The notes beneath the pieces were generated by a model. It did not search any database and was not told the DNA's origin. It was given only the letters and a program-made list of their open reading frames with translations. From Eledone cirrhosa (taxonomy: Eukaryota): a stretch of 64,000 nucleotides of DNA. Shown here piece by piece: positions 17,981 through 30,779 of this stretch. The first letter of the stretch is position 1; each line of letters begins with the position of its first letter. The stretch covers positions 10,726,001-10,790,000 of the forward strand of contig OZ024748.1 of NCBI GenBank assembly GCA_964016885.1, read 5' to 3'. The position numbers were made by a program, and so were the translations under genes.

Positions 17981-20253
17981 ATATATATATATATACACAA
18001 TATATATATATACACAATATATATATATACACAATATATATATATACAATATATATATATACAATATATATATATATACAATATATATATATACAATATA
18101 TATATATATACACAATATATATATATATATACAATATATATATATATACAATATATATATATACAATATATATATATATACAATATATATATATATACAA
18201 TATATATATATATACAATATATATACAATATATATATATATACAATATATATATATACAATATATATATATACAATATATATATATATACAATATATATA
18301 TATATACAATATATATATATATATACAATATATATATATATACAATATATATATATATACAATATATATATATATACAATATATATATATATACAATATA
18401 TATATATATACAATATATATATATATACAATATATATATATATATACAATATATATATATATATACAATATATATATATACAATATATACATATATATAT
18501 ACAATATATATATATATATATACAATATATATATATATATATACAATATATATATATATATAATACAATATATATATATATAATATATACAATATATATA
18601 TATATACAATATATATATATATATACAATATATATATATATATATATACAATATATATATATATATATACAATATATATATATATATATATACAATATAT
18701 ATATATATATACACAATATATATATATATATACAATATATATATATATATATACAATATATATATATATATACAATATATATATATATATATACAATATA
18801 TATATATATATACAATATATATATATATATACAATATATATATATATATACAATATATATACAATATATATATATACAATATATATATATAATATACAAT
18901 ATATATATATATATACAATATATATATATATATATACAATATATATATATATATACAATATATATATATATATATACAATATATATATATATATACAATA
19001 TATATATATATATATACAATATATATATATATATACAATTATATATATATATACAATATATATATATATACAATATATATATATATATACAATATATATA
19101 TATATACAATATATATATATATACAATATATATATATATACAATATATATATATACAATATATATATATACAATATATATATATATACAATATATATATA
19201 TATATACAATATATATATATATACAATATATATATATATATACAAATATATATATATATACAATATATATATATATATACAATATATATATATATACAAT
19301 ATATATATATATACAATATATATATATAATACAATATATATTATATATACAATATATATATATATACAATATATATATATATATATACAATATATATATA
19401 TATACAATATATATATATACAATATATATATATATATATACAATATATATATATATATATACAATATATATATATATATATATACAATATATATATATAT
19501 ATATACAATATATATATATATATATATACAATATATATATATATATATATATGCAATATATATATATATATGCAATATATATATATATATATACATACAT
19601 GCAATATATATATATATATATATATATACATACAATATATATATATATATACAATATATATATATATATACAATATATATATACAATATATATATATATA
19701 TACAAATATATATATATATACAATATATATATATATATACAATATATATATATATATATATATACAATATATATATTATATATACAATATATATATATAT
19801 ACAATATATATATATATATATATACAATATATATATATATATACAATATATATATACAATATATATATATATACAATATATATATATATAAACAATATAT
19901 ATATATATAAACAATATATATATATAAAATATATATATATAAAATATATATATATAATATATATATACAATATATATATACAATATATATATACAATATA
20001 TATATATATATACAATATATATATATATATACAATATATATATATATATACAATATATATATATATATACAATATATATATATATACAATATATATATAA
20101 ACACAATATATATATAAACACAATATATATACAATATATATATATAATATATATATACAATATATATATACAATATATATATATATATATACAATAGATA
20201 GATAGATACGTGTATAATCATAATATATGTCAAATATAGAATATATTCAGCAT

Positions 20254-20289
<36 letters not shown>

Positions 20290-20509
20290 GATATACATGC
20301 GATATATATCACATCTATACACCTTGCATATTATATCAGATTATATATACGTTATATATATATATATATCACACACATGATGTCAATATATTTATATTTA
20401 CAGAGAAAGTAAAAGAGAAAGCGTAAGATCGATTTCAGCAACAAGCACCAAAGATATGAGAAGAAACGAAAGACCGACATATAAAATAAAACGTTTCTAA
20501 ATCACTTAC

Positions 20510-20594
20510 AGTGACTTTCTTCAGTGTCTTTTCGTCATTATCTGTCATCTGCTGGCATTGTTGCTGTGTTGAGGTGTTCATCTGCTCCATAAGC
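20510..20594 (-). CDS. Putative exon of orphan gene (..LMEQMNTSTQQQCQQMTDNDEKTLKKVT)
   Basis: Good acceptor ttattattccttag| (20595-20596), consensus donor ACT|gtaagt (20509-20504), open frame, unique sequence. Confidence 0.6.
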
Positions 20595-21870
20595 CTAAGG
20601 AATAATAAGGTGACATAGTGAAGCTCGGCTAAAAGAAGTTGTCATTGGAAAATACACTAGCCAACACGACGAGACAGTATATACATATATATTCGTATAG
20701 GAAGCACCGCTACACTCCTATACATCCACATACACAGCAAAAACGGTGCAATTATAACCAAGGGAGGTAACTCTAGCTACATTATTATACATTCAACACC
20801 GTTAACCTGTGCTTTTCTCGAGGGTTGTCTTTTTTTTGCACATTTTGCAGAATAGTAATTAAATATTTATTAGTTTATCGATATATATACACATATATTA
20901 CATTAACCGCATTTCTTCTATTGTTTCACATATAAATAAGGTTAATTATTCATTCATAAAAGACAGGACGGTTCTAGAATCGGCAGTCGTTATTGCCTTA
21001 ACTTTCTGTAGGCAGGACCGGCGCTACGATTAGAGTAACTAGGCATCTACCTAGAGCGCAGACCTCAGAGAGGCACATTACAGAACCTTAAAGGCTCACT
21101 GCTTTATATAATTTTGTATAAATAAATTAAATATATAACAATTTCCTGCGGTCAATAAGTAAATCATCAAACATTTGTCGCGTAACAGCATTGTTGAAAT
21201 ATCCAAGCAATGGAAAGGATTCATATGATGTTAAGACGTCATGATTTGGCGTGGATGAGTGTGGACTGTGTAGTAGAAATACTGGCTTAATAATTTTCTT
21301 ATTTTAGTTAGAGCAAGAACAATCAAAAAGCGGTTTCTTTAGCTTGCTTAAGTGTAAGATGAATTTATTAAACTTGAAAAAATGGGGCGCATAACTGAGA
21401 AAATGGACGCATAGCTAAGAAAATGGGGCGCACATTTTAGGATTAATCTACATAGTAGGGCGCTAAATACCCAGGCGCGTTATCTATCTATCTATGTGTG
21501 TATGTGTTCAGTAGAAATTGTTTTGGCAAAAACAGGATCAAGTAAGAGAAAGCTCTCTACATTCTCATAACAACAAATGCATAAATTACATTTTGGATTG
21601 CATAAGAGAACCGTTGAAATAATTATTATGAATAAACGATTTATGTAACATCAGCATATTTCTTAATGTTATTCTTATATATACATATATATATATATAT
21701 ATAATGGCAAGGCCATGCTAAGGCACCGCCATTGGTAGCACATAACTTTGTTTACGCTAAATAAACTTTCCTCCAATAGATCGAGCACTGCTTTCCTTGA
21801 TCTTTCATCTACAGATTTCAACCAACAGCGCTTGGTACCACCACAAGTAATTCACTGAATCCCCTACACA

Positions 21871-21899
<29 letters not shown>

Positions 21900-21901
<2 letters not shown>

Positions 21902-22200
21902 GCAGAGGTTATATTTAATTTGTTGGGATTCAACAAGCTTAAACATTTTTATAACTCATATATAAAGCACTCAACAAGTTAGTGGAGTAAATATACAATA
22001 TATTAATAAATGGAAACTATATTTATAAAACGATAATTATTTTATTATATATATTTCAAGGGCGACCAAGGTAAATTATGGTGCGCTTTCATCAAATAAA
22101 ATACAGATTTGTTTCATAAATAAATATTGACATACCCGGAAAAAAGACAACAAATTTCAACCGTTGAGGATTTCTGGAAGAGACACAGAGTTCTTCTTAG
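21900..22200 (-). mobile_element. Family B element (Penelope-LTR-like) with hammerhead-like core, single arm
   Basis: Homologous to 28528-28871 and 60286-60718; minus strand reads TTGATGA-aagcgcacca...tggtcgccctt-GAAA-tatata; begins at a (TA)n tract. Confidence 0.6.
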
Positions 22201-22224
22201 AATCCGCGCCGGGAGGACAAATAA

Positions 22225-22445
22225 GACCAGAAATCAACTCCCAGAACAACAGGTGGCTTGCTGTCTCATCCAAAGACGTGCCCAGAGTCATGCAGACAAA
22301 GTTTCTAGCGACAACATGGGTCTTAGGTGTCATCAGCAGTCAAGGTGACTTCATGCCACCTCACTTCTTCCCTGAGGGCCTCAAGCTGAACACTGATGGC
22401 TACATCCGCGTTCTGAGCGAGGTAGTAAAGCCTTGGCTCGACCAT
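22225..22445 (+). mobile_element. Tc1/mariner-superfamily transposase fragment
   Basis: INSQNNRWLA..VPRVMQTKF..TWVLGVISSQGDFMPPHFFPEGLKLNTDGYIRVLSEVVKPWL, typical of the segment between the first two catalytic Asp residues of DD37D/Tc1-like transposases. Confidence 0.75.
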
Positions 22446-22464
22446 AATTGACCACATTAGCATG

Positions 22465-22745
22465 GGTTAGATGGGTTGTCCTGTTGTCGGCTGACCATGT
22501 CTTGCTCATACGGGAACTGATTCTTGATTTCTACAGCTGGATTCCCTTCCTAACACCAACCTCATTTACAGTGAGTGCTGGGTGCTTTTTTGCCGTGGCG
22601 CCTACATGTCCACTTTGCAGTGGGAGGGTGTGGGGGCATATTGTCTATATGCTTCAGCTTTGGCTTGTACCCGTGGGAGGGTTGGGTCTTCTGTATTACT
22701 GCGTGACGCCAGAGGTCACGGTCATGTGTCATCGCCTTTGAGAGG
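22465..22745 (-). mobile_element. 3' end of RTE LINE (same family as 30780-32105)
   Basis: Shares gtgggagggtgtgggggcatattgtctatatgcttcagc...ccagaggtcacggtc with 30940-31060; encodes LSKAMTHDRDLWRHAV. Confidence 0.75.
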
Positions 22746-22759
22746 TATATATATATATA

Positions 22760-23101
22760 TCGTTTCTGAATTTGTTTAGCAAGATTCTTTATCTGAAAAC
22801 GTGTGTTGAAACCGATATTGTTATGCTTTGGGAGGGTCATGTTGCCAATAAGAAACACACGCACCAGTTGCTTTCACTTCAATTTAAAGAAAAGAATCCC
22901 CAGTCACTAAAGAGGTCACAGAATGTGTGACGAAAGAACTTTGACAATATATGAACAATCGTCTGGTTGTGGAACCAACCAACCAACCGGAAATTTATAA
23001 ATTCCTAAATTTATAAATTTAATTTATAATAAATTGAAGTGAAAGCAACTGGTGCGCGTTTTTCTTATTGGCAACATGACCCTCCCAAAGTATAACAATA
23101 T
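22760..23101. mobile_element. (TA)n-flanked fold-back element, family C
   Basis: ~70-bp inverted arms (22817-22886 / 23031-23101) plus a one-sided extension; inverted homologue at 57818-58128. Confidence 0.65.
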
Positions 23102-23271
23102 ATATATATATGTATATATATATGTATATATGTAAGTATGTATATATCAAATATTAAGCAAGCAAACCAATTAAAGAGAAGAGGAAAGTGATTAGTTAAT
23201 AAAATTACAAGCCAGAGGATTAGTGTGCTCCATGCGTATATACATGCTATATATACATGCTATACACACAC

Positions 23272-23304
<33 letters not shown>

Positions 23305-23467
23305 TTACATAGTGTATCTCAGGACTTCTACACACACACAGATAGTGGAGAGTGAGAAGAGAAAGAAAGAGAGAAATAAGAAGTGTTCATTAGCCATTAT
23401 ATATTTATAACACAAAATACCATCATTAGACTCTGTACACATATTTTATAGAAAGTACCATGGGAGT

Positions 23468-23689
23468 TATATATATATATGTATATATATATATATGTTT
23501 ATATGTTTATATATATATGTATATATATATATGTATATATATATATGTATATATATATATATGTTTATATATATATGTATGCATATATATGTATATATGT
23601 ATATATATATGTATATATATATGTATATATATATATGTTTATATATATATATATGTATATATATATACATATATATGTATATATATATG

Positions 23690-23720
<31 letters not shown>

Positions 23721-23781
23721 GTTTATATGTTTATATATATATGTATGCATATATATATGTATATATGTAGATATATATATG

Positions 23782-23815
<34 letters not shown>

Positions 23816-23933
23816 TGTGTACATATATATATATATATGTGTATATATATATATGTATATATATATATCATATATATATATATATATGATATATATATAT
23901 ACATATATATACATATATATGTATATATATATG

Positions 23934-23964
<31 letters not shown>

Positions 23965-24025
23965 GTTTATATGTTTATATATATATGTATGCATATATAT
24001 ATGTATATATGTAGATATATATATG

Positions 24026-24092
<67 letters not shown>

Positions 24093-24175
24093 GTGTATAT
24101 ATATATATGTATATATATATATCATATATATATATATGATATATATATATACATATATATACATATATATATGTA
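23468..24175. repeat. Compound (AT)n/GT microsatellite with internal higher-order duplication
   Basis: Markers gtttatatgttt, gtatgcat, gtagat, atcat recur in the same order 2-3 times. Confidence 0.9.
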
Positions 24176-24419
24176 CTGAACTCCTTTTGTAGAGTTTTCT
24201 TTCGGAATGTTTTTGACTGTTGTTTCATGTAAACAAACATTTGTCTCATTCTGGCGTCACCAGCCCTGTTTTTCAACATGTGCGTTTGTTTTAATAACCA
24301 CGCATGATGTTAAACTAGCCTGCTTTTAAATTCCTTTTTTGGCATATTACCAGTGAGACCTTGGTTACCATGTTGAGCTCTGCTGAGGAACGAAATCCAA
24401 CCATGACCATCTCCACTGA

Positions 24420-24692
24420 AAGTTTTCGTGAAATAGTCTTTTCAAGACTATACAGAGCATTTGAAGTTGTCCCAAATTGAAGGTTGAGTACTTTAGACTT
24501 TGTTTTATCATGAGTTAATGCTCTATTGATTTTTCCCTGGATTTCGCTAAATTCTGTTGGATAAATCTATATCCTGATTCTTTTTGAATTGAGTCTGAAT
24601 TATTTTTCCCATTTTGATGCTATAGTCGCATATATGTTATGGAATACTGTTAGCTTCTCGCTACAACAATTTCTATACTTTTCATTTATATA
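24420..24692. repeat. Unclassified interspersed repeat (copy 1; copy 2 at 55654-55950)
   Basis: aagttttcgtgaaatagtc...ctatacttttcatttatata is colinear with 55654-55950; both end in (TA)n. Confidence 0.8.
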
Positions 24693-24710
24693 TATGTACA
24701 TATATATCAT

Positions 24711-25014
24711 CATTTCATTTTACGTCCGCTTTTCCCTGCTTGCAAGGGTGGGACGGGAACTGATTCTGGCTTGATTTCTACAGCTGGATGCCCTTCCTAA
24801 CACCAACCTCATTTACAGTGAGTGCTGGGTGCTTTTTTGCCGTGGCACCTCCACGACCCCAGTCCTTATCATCTCATTTCTACAGCTGAGTAAACTGGAG
24901 CAATATGAAATAAAGTGTCTTGCTCAAGGAAACAACACATCACCTGGTCTGAGAATTGAACTCACAACCTTTCGATTGCAAGGCCAATGCTCTAACCACT
25001 AAGCCATGTGCCTC
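24711..25014 (-). mobile_element. tRNA-derived SINE with RTE-like 3' tail (internal deletion variant)
   Basis: Minus strand begins GAGGCACATGGCTTAGTGG (A box)...GAGTTCAATTC (B box) and ends cggacgtaaaatgaaatg; near-identical to four other copies. Confidence 0.85.
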
Positions 25015-25122
25015 TACATATATATATATATATACATATATATATGTGTATAATATATATGTGTGTATATATATATACATGTGTGTATATATATGTATAT
25101 ATATGTGTATATATATATATAT

Positions 25123-25165
<43 letters not shown>

Positions 25166-25171
25166 TATATA

Positions 25172-25245
25172 CAGGGTGTCCCCGCAAAATGTACCCATAC
25201 TTTTATTAGATTGCTGTTGAAGTGTGTATACATTTTGGGGACATC
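25172..25245. mobile_element. Tc1/mariner-type MITE (family of 2893-2990)
   Basis: cagggtgtccccgcaaaatgtac...gtgtgtatacattttggggaca. Confidence 0.65.
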
Positions 25246-25308
25246 AAATATATATATAAATACACACAGAAATATATGCTGGGTCCCTCAACTCCTTATT
25301 ATATCTTA

Positions 25309-25490
25309 TATATAGAGAAATGACTTCTACACGACTAGAACTGTTTCATTTGTATGAAATCAAATAGTTCTAGTCCTGTAGGAGTCATTTCTATATATAT
25401 AATAAAGTTGCCTATACTCTACCACTGTATTGAGTACCTTTTTTAACTGTGGTTATCCCCTCACCCCTAATACATCTTAGGGAATCTACA
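25309..25490. mobile_element. (TA)n-flanked fold-back element, family D
   Basis: Imperfect hairpin agaaatgacttctacacgactagaact / agttctagtcctgtaggagtcatttct plus extension with gtattgagtac; partial homologue at 51820-51910. Confidence 0.55.
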
Positions 25491-26042
25491 TATTATATAT
25501 ATATATCATCACCATACTCTGAACACCTTGCTTCCCTGGGCATGGCTACATTGAAGCTCCGACATCAGGCAACTGACTTGGTAAATACCCACAAAATTAT
25601 TAACCATCTTGCCAACAACAACCCTGAGCACCTTTTTGATTGCACCTTTGATGAGTTGTAGTGCACCTGAGCACTTTACACAATAATTTCATTATTATTA
25701 TTATTATCATCATCATTGTCATTTTAACATCCTGCTAAGAAGGGTTGGACAGGCCCAAATAGACCAAGTCAGTACTGAAGTGGAGCCACTGGTCTCTCGG
25801 GTAGGCCAGGGACCTGTGTACTTATGTATGGTCTCATGTTCCATCCAGTCTTCAGGAGAGGTTGTCATGGCTTTGACACAACTGAGTGTCTTCCCAACCC
25901 CTTTGTTAGGCAACAACTCTATGGCTGGATGCCCTTCCTATCACCAACCATTTTACCAGTGTCTACTGGTGTATTTATTGTGTAGATCACGAACACTAGG
26001 GAGTTTGTCATGCCCTTGACACGACCGGTTTATATATATATA

Positions 26043-26233
26043 TAACGAAGGAAATGTGGTAAGGAACCAGGTTGACCATAACGCACCAAAGTACTCAATA
26101 CTTAGGGTAGTAGAGTGGGTAATAGGAACAAGTAAGACCCCGACGGCTGAGCTCAAGCCGTTTCGACGGCTAATTCCAGAATTAGCCGTCGAAACGGCTT
26201 GAGCTCACCCGTCGGGGTCTTACTTGTTCCTAT
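26043..26233. mobile_element. (TA)n-flanked fold-back element, family A copy 2
   Basis: 55-bp arms 26122-26176/26179-26233 with one mismatch; extension contains aagtactcaatacttagggtagtagagt. Confidence 0.7.
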
Positions 26234-26383
26234 ATATATATATATATATATATAGTGAGGGGTGGGGATTCTGCAGTGCTGAGACTGAGGAAATGACTAA
26301 TCATGGGAGTACTCAATGAAAGGGGAGATGCTGAGTGGATATAGAGATATGTAAAATTGGAATTTTACATATCTATATCTATT

Positions 26384-26455
<72 letters not shown>

Positions 26456-26463
26456 GGTATTAG

Positions 26464-26579
26464 AATTTATAATGGTATTAGAATGAAATAGTATGGTAGG
26501 ATATTAAATGTTAAGTGTTAATTAACACTTAACATTTAATATCCTACCATACTATTTCATTCTAATACCATTATAAATT
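26464..26579. repeat. Perfect 116-bp palindrome
   Basis: 58-bp arms with no spacer, centred in gttaattaac (26517-26526). Confidence 0.9.
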
Positions 26580-26745
26580 TTAAAGGATTGTAAATAAAAC
26601 GAGTAAATCAGACAAAGTTGGAATTCCTTTTATTAATATATATATATATATATCATGCAGAAAAGAGCACTACTCATTACTGAAGCACATATATACTGAA
26701 AGTTATAGGTTTTAAGTTTCTGAGATTCATCATCATCATCATCAT

Positions 26746-27030
26746 CATTTTACGTCCGCTTTTACCTGCTTGCAAGGGTGGGACGGGAACTGATTCTGGC
26801 TTGATTTCTACAGCTGGATGCCCTTCCTAACACCAACCTTATTTACAGTGAGTGCTGGGTGCTTTTTTGCCGTGGCACCCCCACGACCACTTTGCAGTGG
26901 AATGATAGGGACCCCAGTCCCTATAATCTCATTTCTACAGCTGAGTAAACTGGAGCAATGGGAAATAAAGTGTCTTGCTCAAGGAAACAACACATCACCC
27001 AGTCTGAGAATTGAACTCACAACCACTAAA
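26746..27030 (-). mobile_element. tRNA-SINE with RTE-like tail (5' partly deleted)
   Basis: Near-identical to 60766-61094. Confidence 0.85.
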
Positions 27031-27079
27031 CCAAATTCTTATATATTGTGAGAATTGTGTAATACAGTAAATTAACTGC

Positions 27080-27625
27080 ACCAACAACAACAATAATAAC
27101 AACAACATCAATAATATTACCACCACTAATAATAACAACACCAACAACATCAACAACACCAGCACCACCACTAATAATAACAACACCAACAACATCAACA
27201 ACACCAGCACCACCACTAATGATAACAACACCAGCAACACCACTACCAACACCACCAACAACAACACCAACAACACCACCACCAACAACAACAACAACAC
27301 CACCACCACCACAACATCAACACCACCACCACCACAACATCAACAACACCAATAACACCACCACCAACAATAACATCAACAACACCATCACCACCATCAC
27401 TAATAACAACAACACCACCACCACCACAACATCAACAACACCAATAACACCACCACCAACAATAACATCAACAACACCATCACCACCATCACTAATAACA
27501 ACAACAACATCACCAACAACACCATCACCACCATCATTAATAACAATAACAACATCACCAACAACAACAACACTACCACCACTAATAACACCAGCAAACA
27601 GCACCAGCAACAAAAACAACCACAA
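27080..27625. repeat. (AAC/CAC)n low-complexity tract
   Basis: Degenerate trinucleotide repeats. Confidence 0.9.
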
Positions 27626-27661
27626 TAGATAACCAATAAACACCTCCCCATACACACTTAC

Positions 27662-27693
27662 CCTTGATCTGTAAGTCCAGTATATGTTGCCAT
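27662..27693 (-). CDS. Putative first coding exon of orphan gene (MATYTGLTDQG..)
   Basis: ccATGG start with an upstream in-frame TGA; donor AGG|gtaagt at 27661; phase 2 joins in frame to exon 20510-20594. Confidence 0.5.
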
Positions 27694-27699
27694 GGAAAC
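27686..27699. promoter_or_regulatory. RFX X-box consensus match GTTGCCATGGAAAC
   Basis: Near-palindromic 14-mer matching the RFX consensus GTYNCC-AT-RGNAAC; overlaps the putative start codon. Confidence 0.4.
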
Positions 27700-27839
27700 T
27701 ATATTGGTGGCTCAACAACTTTGATCCTCTGATGTTCACAGTTCACTGTACACATTTACATCAACACCACCGTACAACATACACTGAACTATTAAACGTT
27801 CTTAACAACTTGACAGCTTGTGTATGTATGATACTACTA

Positions 27840-28365
27840 GCCGTGGTGGCGGTGGTGGTGGCGGTGGCGGTGGCGGTAGTGGTGGTGGGGATGGTACTGG
27901 TAGTGAGGGGAGGGGGATTGGTGGTGGTGGTGGTGATAATGGTGGGGATGGTGATGGTAGTGGTGGTGGTGATGGTGGGATTGGTGATGGTGGTGGTGGT
28001 GGTGGTGATAATGGTAGGGATGGTGATGGTGGTGGTGGGATTGGTGCCGATTGCAGTTGTGATGATAGTGGTGGTGGTGGTGTTGGGATTGGTGGTGGCG
28101 GTGGGAGTGGTGATGGGGATGGTATGGTGGTGTTGGGAGTGGCTATGAGGGGTAATTATGGGGTTGTGGTGTTGGCGATGGTGGTGACAATGATGGAGAT
28201 GATGATAATGATAGTGGTGGTGGTGGAGGTGGTGTGAATAATGAAGGTGATGGTGATGGATGTTGTGGTGATGGTGATGGTGGTAACAGTAATGGTAATG
28301 ATAAGGGTGGTGGTGGTGGTGAGAGTGGTGATGGTGGTGGTGGTGAGAGTGGTGATGGTGGTGGC
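27840..28365. repeat. (GGT/GAT)n low-complexity tract
   Basis: Degenerate trinucleotide repeats. Confidence 0.9.
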
Positions 28366-28527
28366 CATGGTTATACAGAGAGGGGTCTGCTTCTGTTCAA
28401 CATCCCTGCTCCTTTGATCTGAACTAGTTGTGTGCATATGTGTGTGTGTGTGTGTGTGTGTGTTCGTGTGTGTTTGCATTCATTTGTCTCTCTCTATCTA
28501 TCTATATATATATATATATATGATATA

Positions 28528-28871
28528 TGCAAAGTTTTATTTAAATTGTTGGGTTACAACAAGTAAATATTTATAACTGATATAAAAGCACTCAACAAGT
28601 ATTTGGAGTATATTTACGATATTAAATAAATGGAAACTATATTTATAAAACCATATTTATTTCACTATATATATTTCAGGGATATCATATTAAAAATATG
28701 GTATGCCTTCATCAGACAAAATACAATATAAACAGTCTTATAAATAGATAGATTTGACATACCTTACAACTTCAACTTCCATTACCATATTTTTAATATC
28801 ATATCCCTGAAATATATATAGTGAAGTAAATATGGTTTTATAAATATAGTTTCCATTTATTTAATATCGTA
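28528..28871. mobile_element. Family B fold-back element with hammerhead-like core
   Basis: ~88-bp inverted arms (28616-28703 / 28783-28871); minus strand CTGATGA-aggcataccatatt-ttt-aatatgatatccct-GAAA-tata; extension with aaagcactcaaca; (TA)n flanks. Confidence 0.65.
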
Positions 28872-29394
28872 TATATATATATGATATATATTTATATATT
28901 TATATATTTATATATCAATCATCATCATCATGTTTGAGGCAAGTCAGGTCGTGTGTACTAGTGTGTGTGTGCCTGTGTCCTGGGATGTGTATGTGTGCTA
29001 GTGTGTGTGTGAGTGTGTATGCAAGTGTGTGTATGTGTGTGCTAGTGTGTGTGAGTGTGTGAGTGCCCATGTGCTAGTGTGTGTGTGTGTGTGAGTATGT
29101 CCGTACCCATATGCAAGCATGTGTGTGTGTGTGTGTTAGTGTGTGAGTGAATGCCAGTCAGATATGTTCCCAGTTTAAGTAGAAGATAGTCTGAGGTTAT
29201 ATCTTATGACTACCCCACCCCCTCCTTGAACCTACCTTACTAACAGACACTCCCCTGTCAGCTGGTTAACCCCTGTGGTGGACCTGTGAGCAGACAGCAG
29301 GGTCTACATAGGTGGAGGGCTGAAGTTACTGGTAAGTTGGTCAAAGGTCCAGAGAGCCGAGGAAAGGCCCAAGATGAAGATCTGGTTCTGGTAC

Positions 29395-29900
29395 CACTAC
29401 CACCACCTCCATTACCGTCACCACAACCACCACAACAACCACAACCATTACCACTTTTATCACCACTACCAGACAACCATCATATCACCCACCACCGTCA
29501 CCTCCATTCTGCACCACCCTCACCACATCCACCTCTACTACATCCATCACCACCACCACCACTACAATCACCACCACCACCACCACCACACCACCAGCAT
29601 TACCCCACAACCACAACCCCAGCCGCCACCACCAGCATTATCCCACCACCACAACCCCAGCCACCACCACCACCACCACCACCAGCATTACCCCACAACC
29701 ACAACCCCAGCCACCACCACCACCACTACCACCATTACCACCACCACCAGCATTACCCCACAACCACAACCTCAGCCACCACCACCACCACCACTACCAC
29801 CATTACCCCACAACCACAACCCCAGCCACCACCACCACCACCACCACCACTACCACCATTACCCCACAACCACAACCCCAACCACCACCACCACCACCAC
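29395..29900. repeat. (CAC)n-rich minisatellite with cattaccccacaaccacaaccccag unit
   Basis: Unit repeated about 6 times. Confidence 0.85.
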
Positions 29901-29963
29901 CTACAAAATAAACCACACATCTCACATAAGTTTTAGGAGTTCCCTGTTCTCTCTCTCTCCCTC

Positions 29964-29996
<33 letters not shown>

Positions 29997-30399
29997 TCCA
30001 GATTACATAAAGCCGTAATATATGAATATATATATCACAAGACAGTGTATATCTGTGTATCAATTGATCTGCTGAATCAGTTAATCTGTTAATGGAATAT
30101 ACTACATTTCACAACTATCTGCTAGGTTTAGTTTTGATTTAGGCTACTAAGTACATAGAATATTGTGGAATATAATAACATTGTATCAAATTATCAACTA
30201 AGAAAATTAGTATTGGCCTACAGGCAATCCTTGCTATATATATATATGTGTGTGTGTGTTTGGTACTACAGTCAGTAGGCATCTCTATCAAAACACACCC
30301 CGTCCCACCACCTCCACCCCATCCACACCGCCCCTTTCAATGTAAAGTTATGTTGGTCCCACAACATCCAGGCCGAAACAAATGAGATCGTGTAGGTGT

Positions 30400-30640
30400 C
30401 ACGACAAAAAAACACACAGTCCACGCTGTAAATGTGGCCGTGTAGGCAACACGGTAAAAACCTCCCAGCCCCACACTGTAAATGTGGTTGGTGTTAGGAA
30501 GGGCATCCAGCTGTAGAAAACCCGCCAGACAGTCCTATGCGAGCAAGACAACCACTCTTGCCTCAAGTGGGAAAACCCCCGTCCAAACCCATGCAAGCGT
30601 GGAACACGGACGCTAAACCTGATGATGATGATGATGATGA

Positions 30641-30645
<5 letters not shown>
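30400..30645 (+). mobile_element. SINE/RTE-tail fragment on + strand
   Basis: ggttggtgttaggaagggcatccagctgtagaaa...cccatgcaagcgtggaacacggacgctaaa(tga)n. Confidence 0.7.
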
Positions 30646-30681
<36 letters not shown>

Positions 30682-30779
30682 TTATGTAAAAAACAAAATA
30701 AGATAATTATTTCATTTACCAGTGGTTTCTTGAAAGCAATCAAAATTGCTTTCATTCATCAGAATGAAAAAATCCTGAT

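Larger units (their letters stand above)
6233..20195. repeat. ~14-kb degenerate satellite of ACA(AT)n units with variant domains (ACACA, ACGA, ACATACA, ACAAA)
   Basis: Hundreds of 'aca' interruptions spaced by variable AT runs; C almost exclusively on the + strand; interrupted by an N gap and two SINE-tail fragments. Confidence 0.97.

Noticed and set aside
6068-20269. Giant ORFs (3623, 2400, 2272, 1067 aa) of Y/I/C/V/L
   Set aside because: Translation of the stop-free strand of the (AT)n satellite, open in all three frames and running through an N gap.
29230-29395. Unique island with splice-like sites on both strands (and 28366-28420)
   Set aside because: No frame-consistent coding link to either gene; may be UTR exons but unsupported from sequence alone.
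27219-30018. Gly-rich, Thr-rich and His/Pro-rich ORFs resembling structural proteins
   Set aside because: Degenerate trinucleotide repeats open in multiple frames; no signal peptide or domain.
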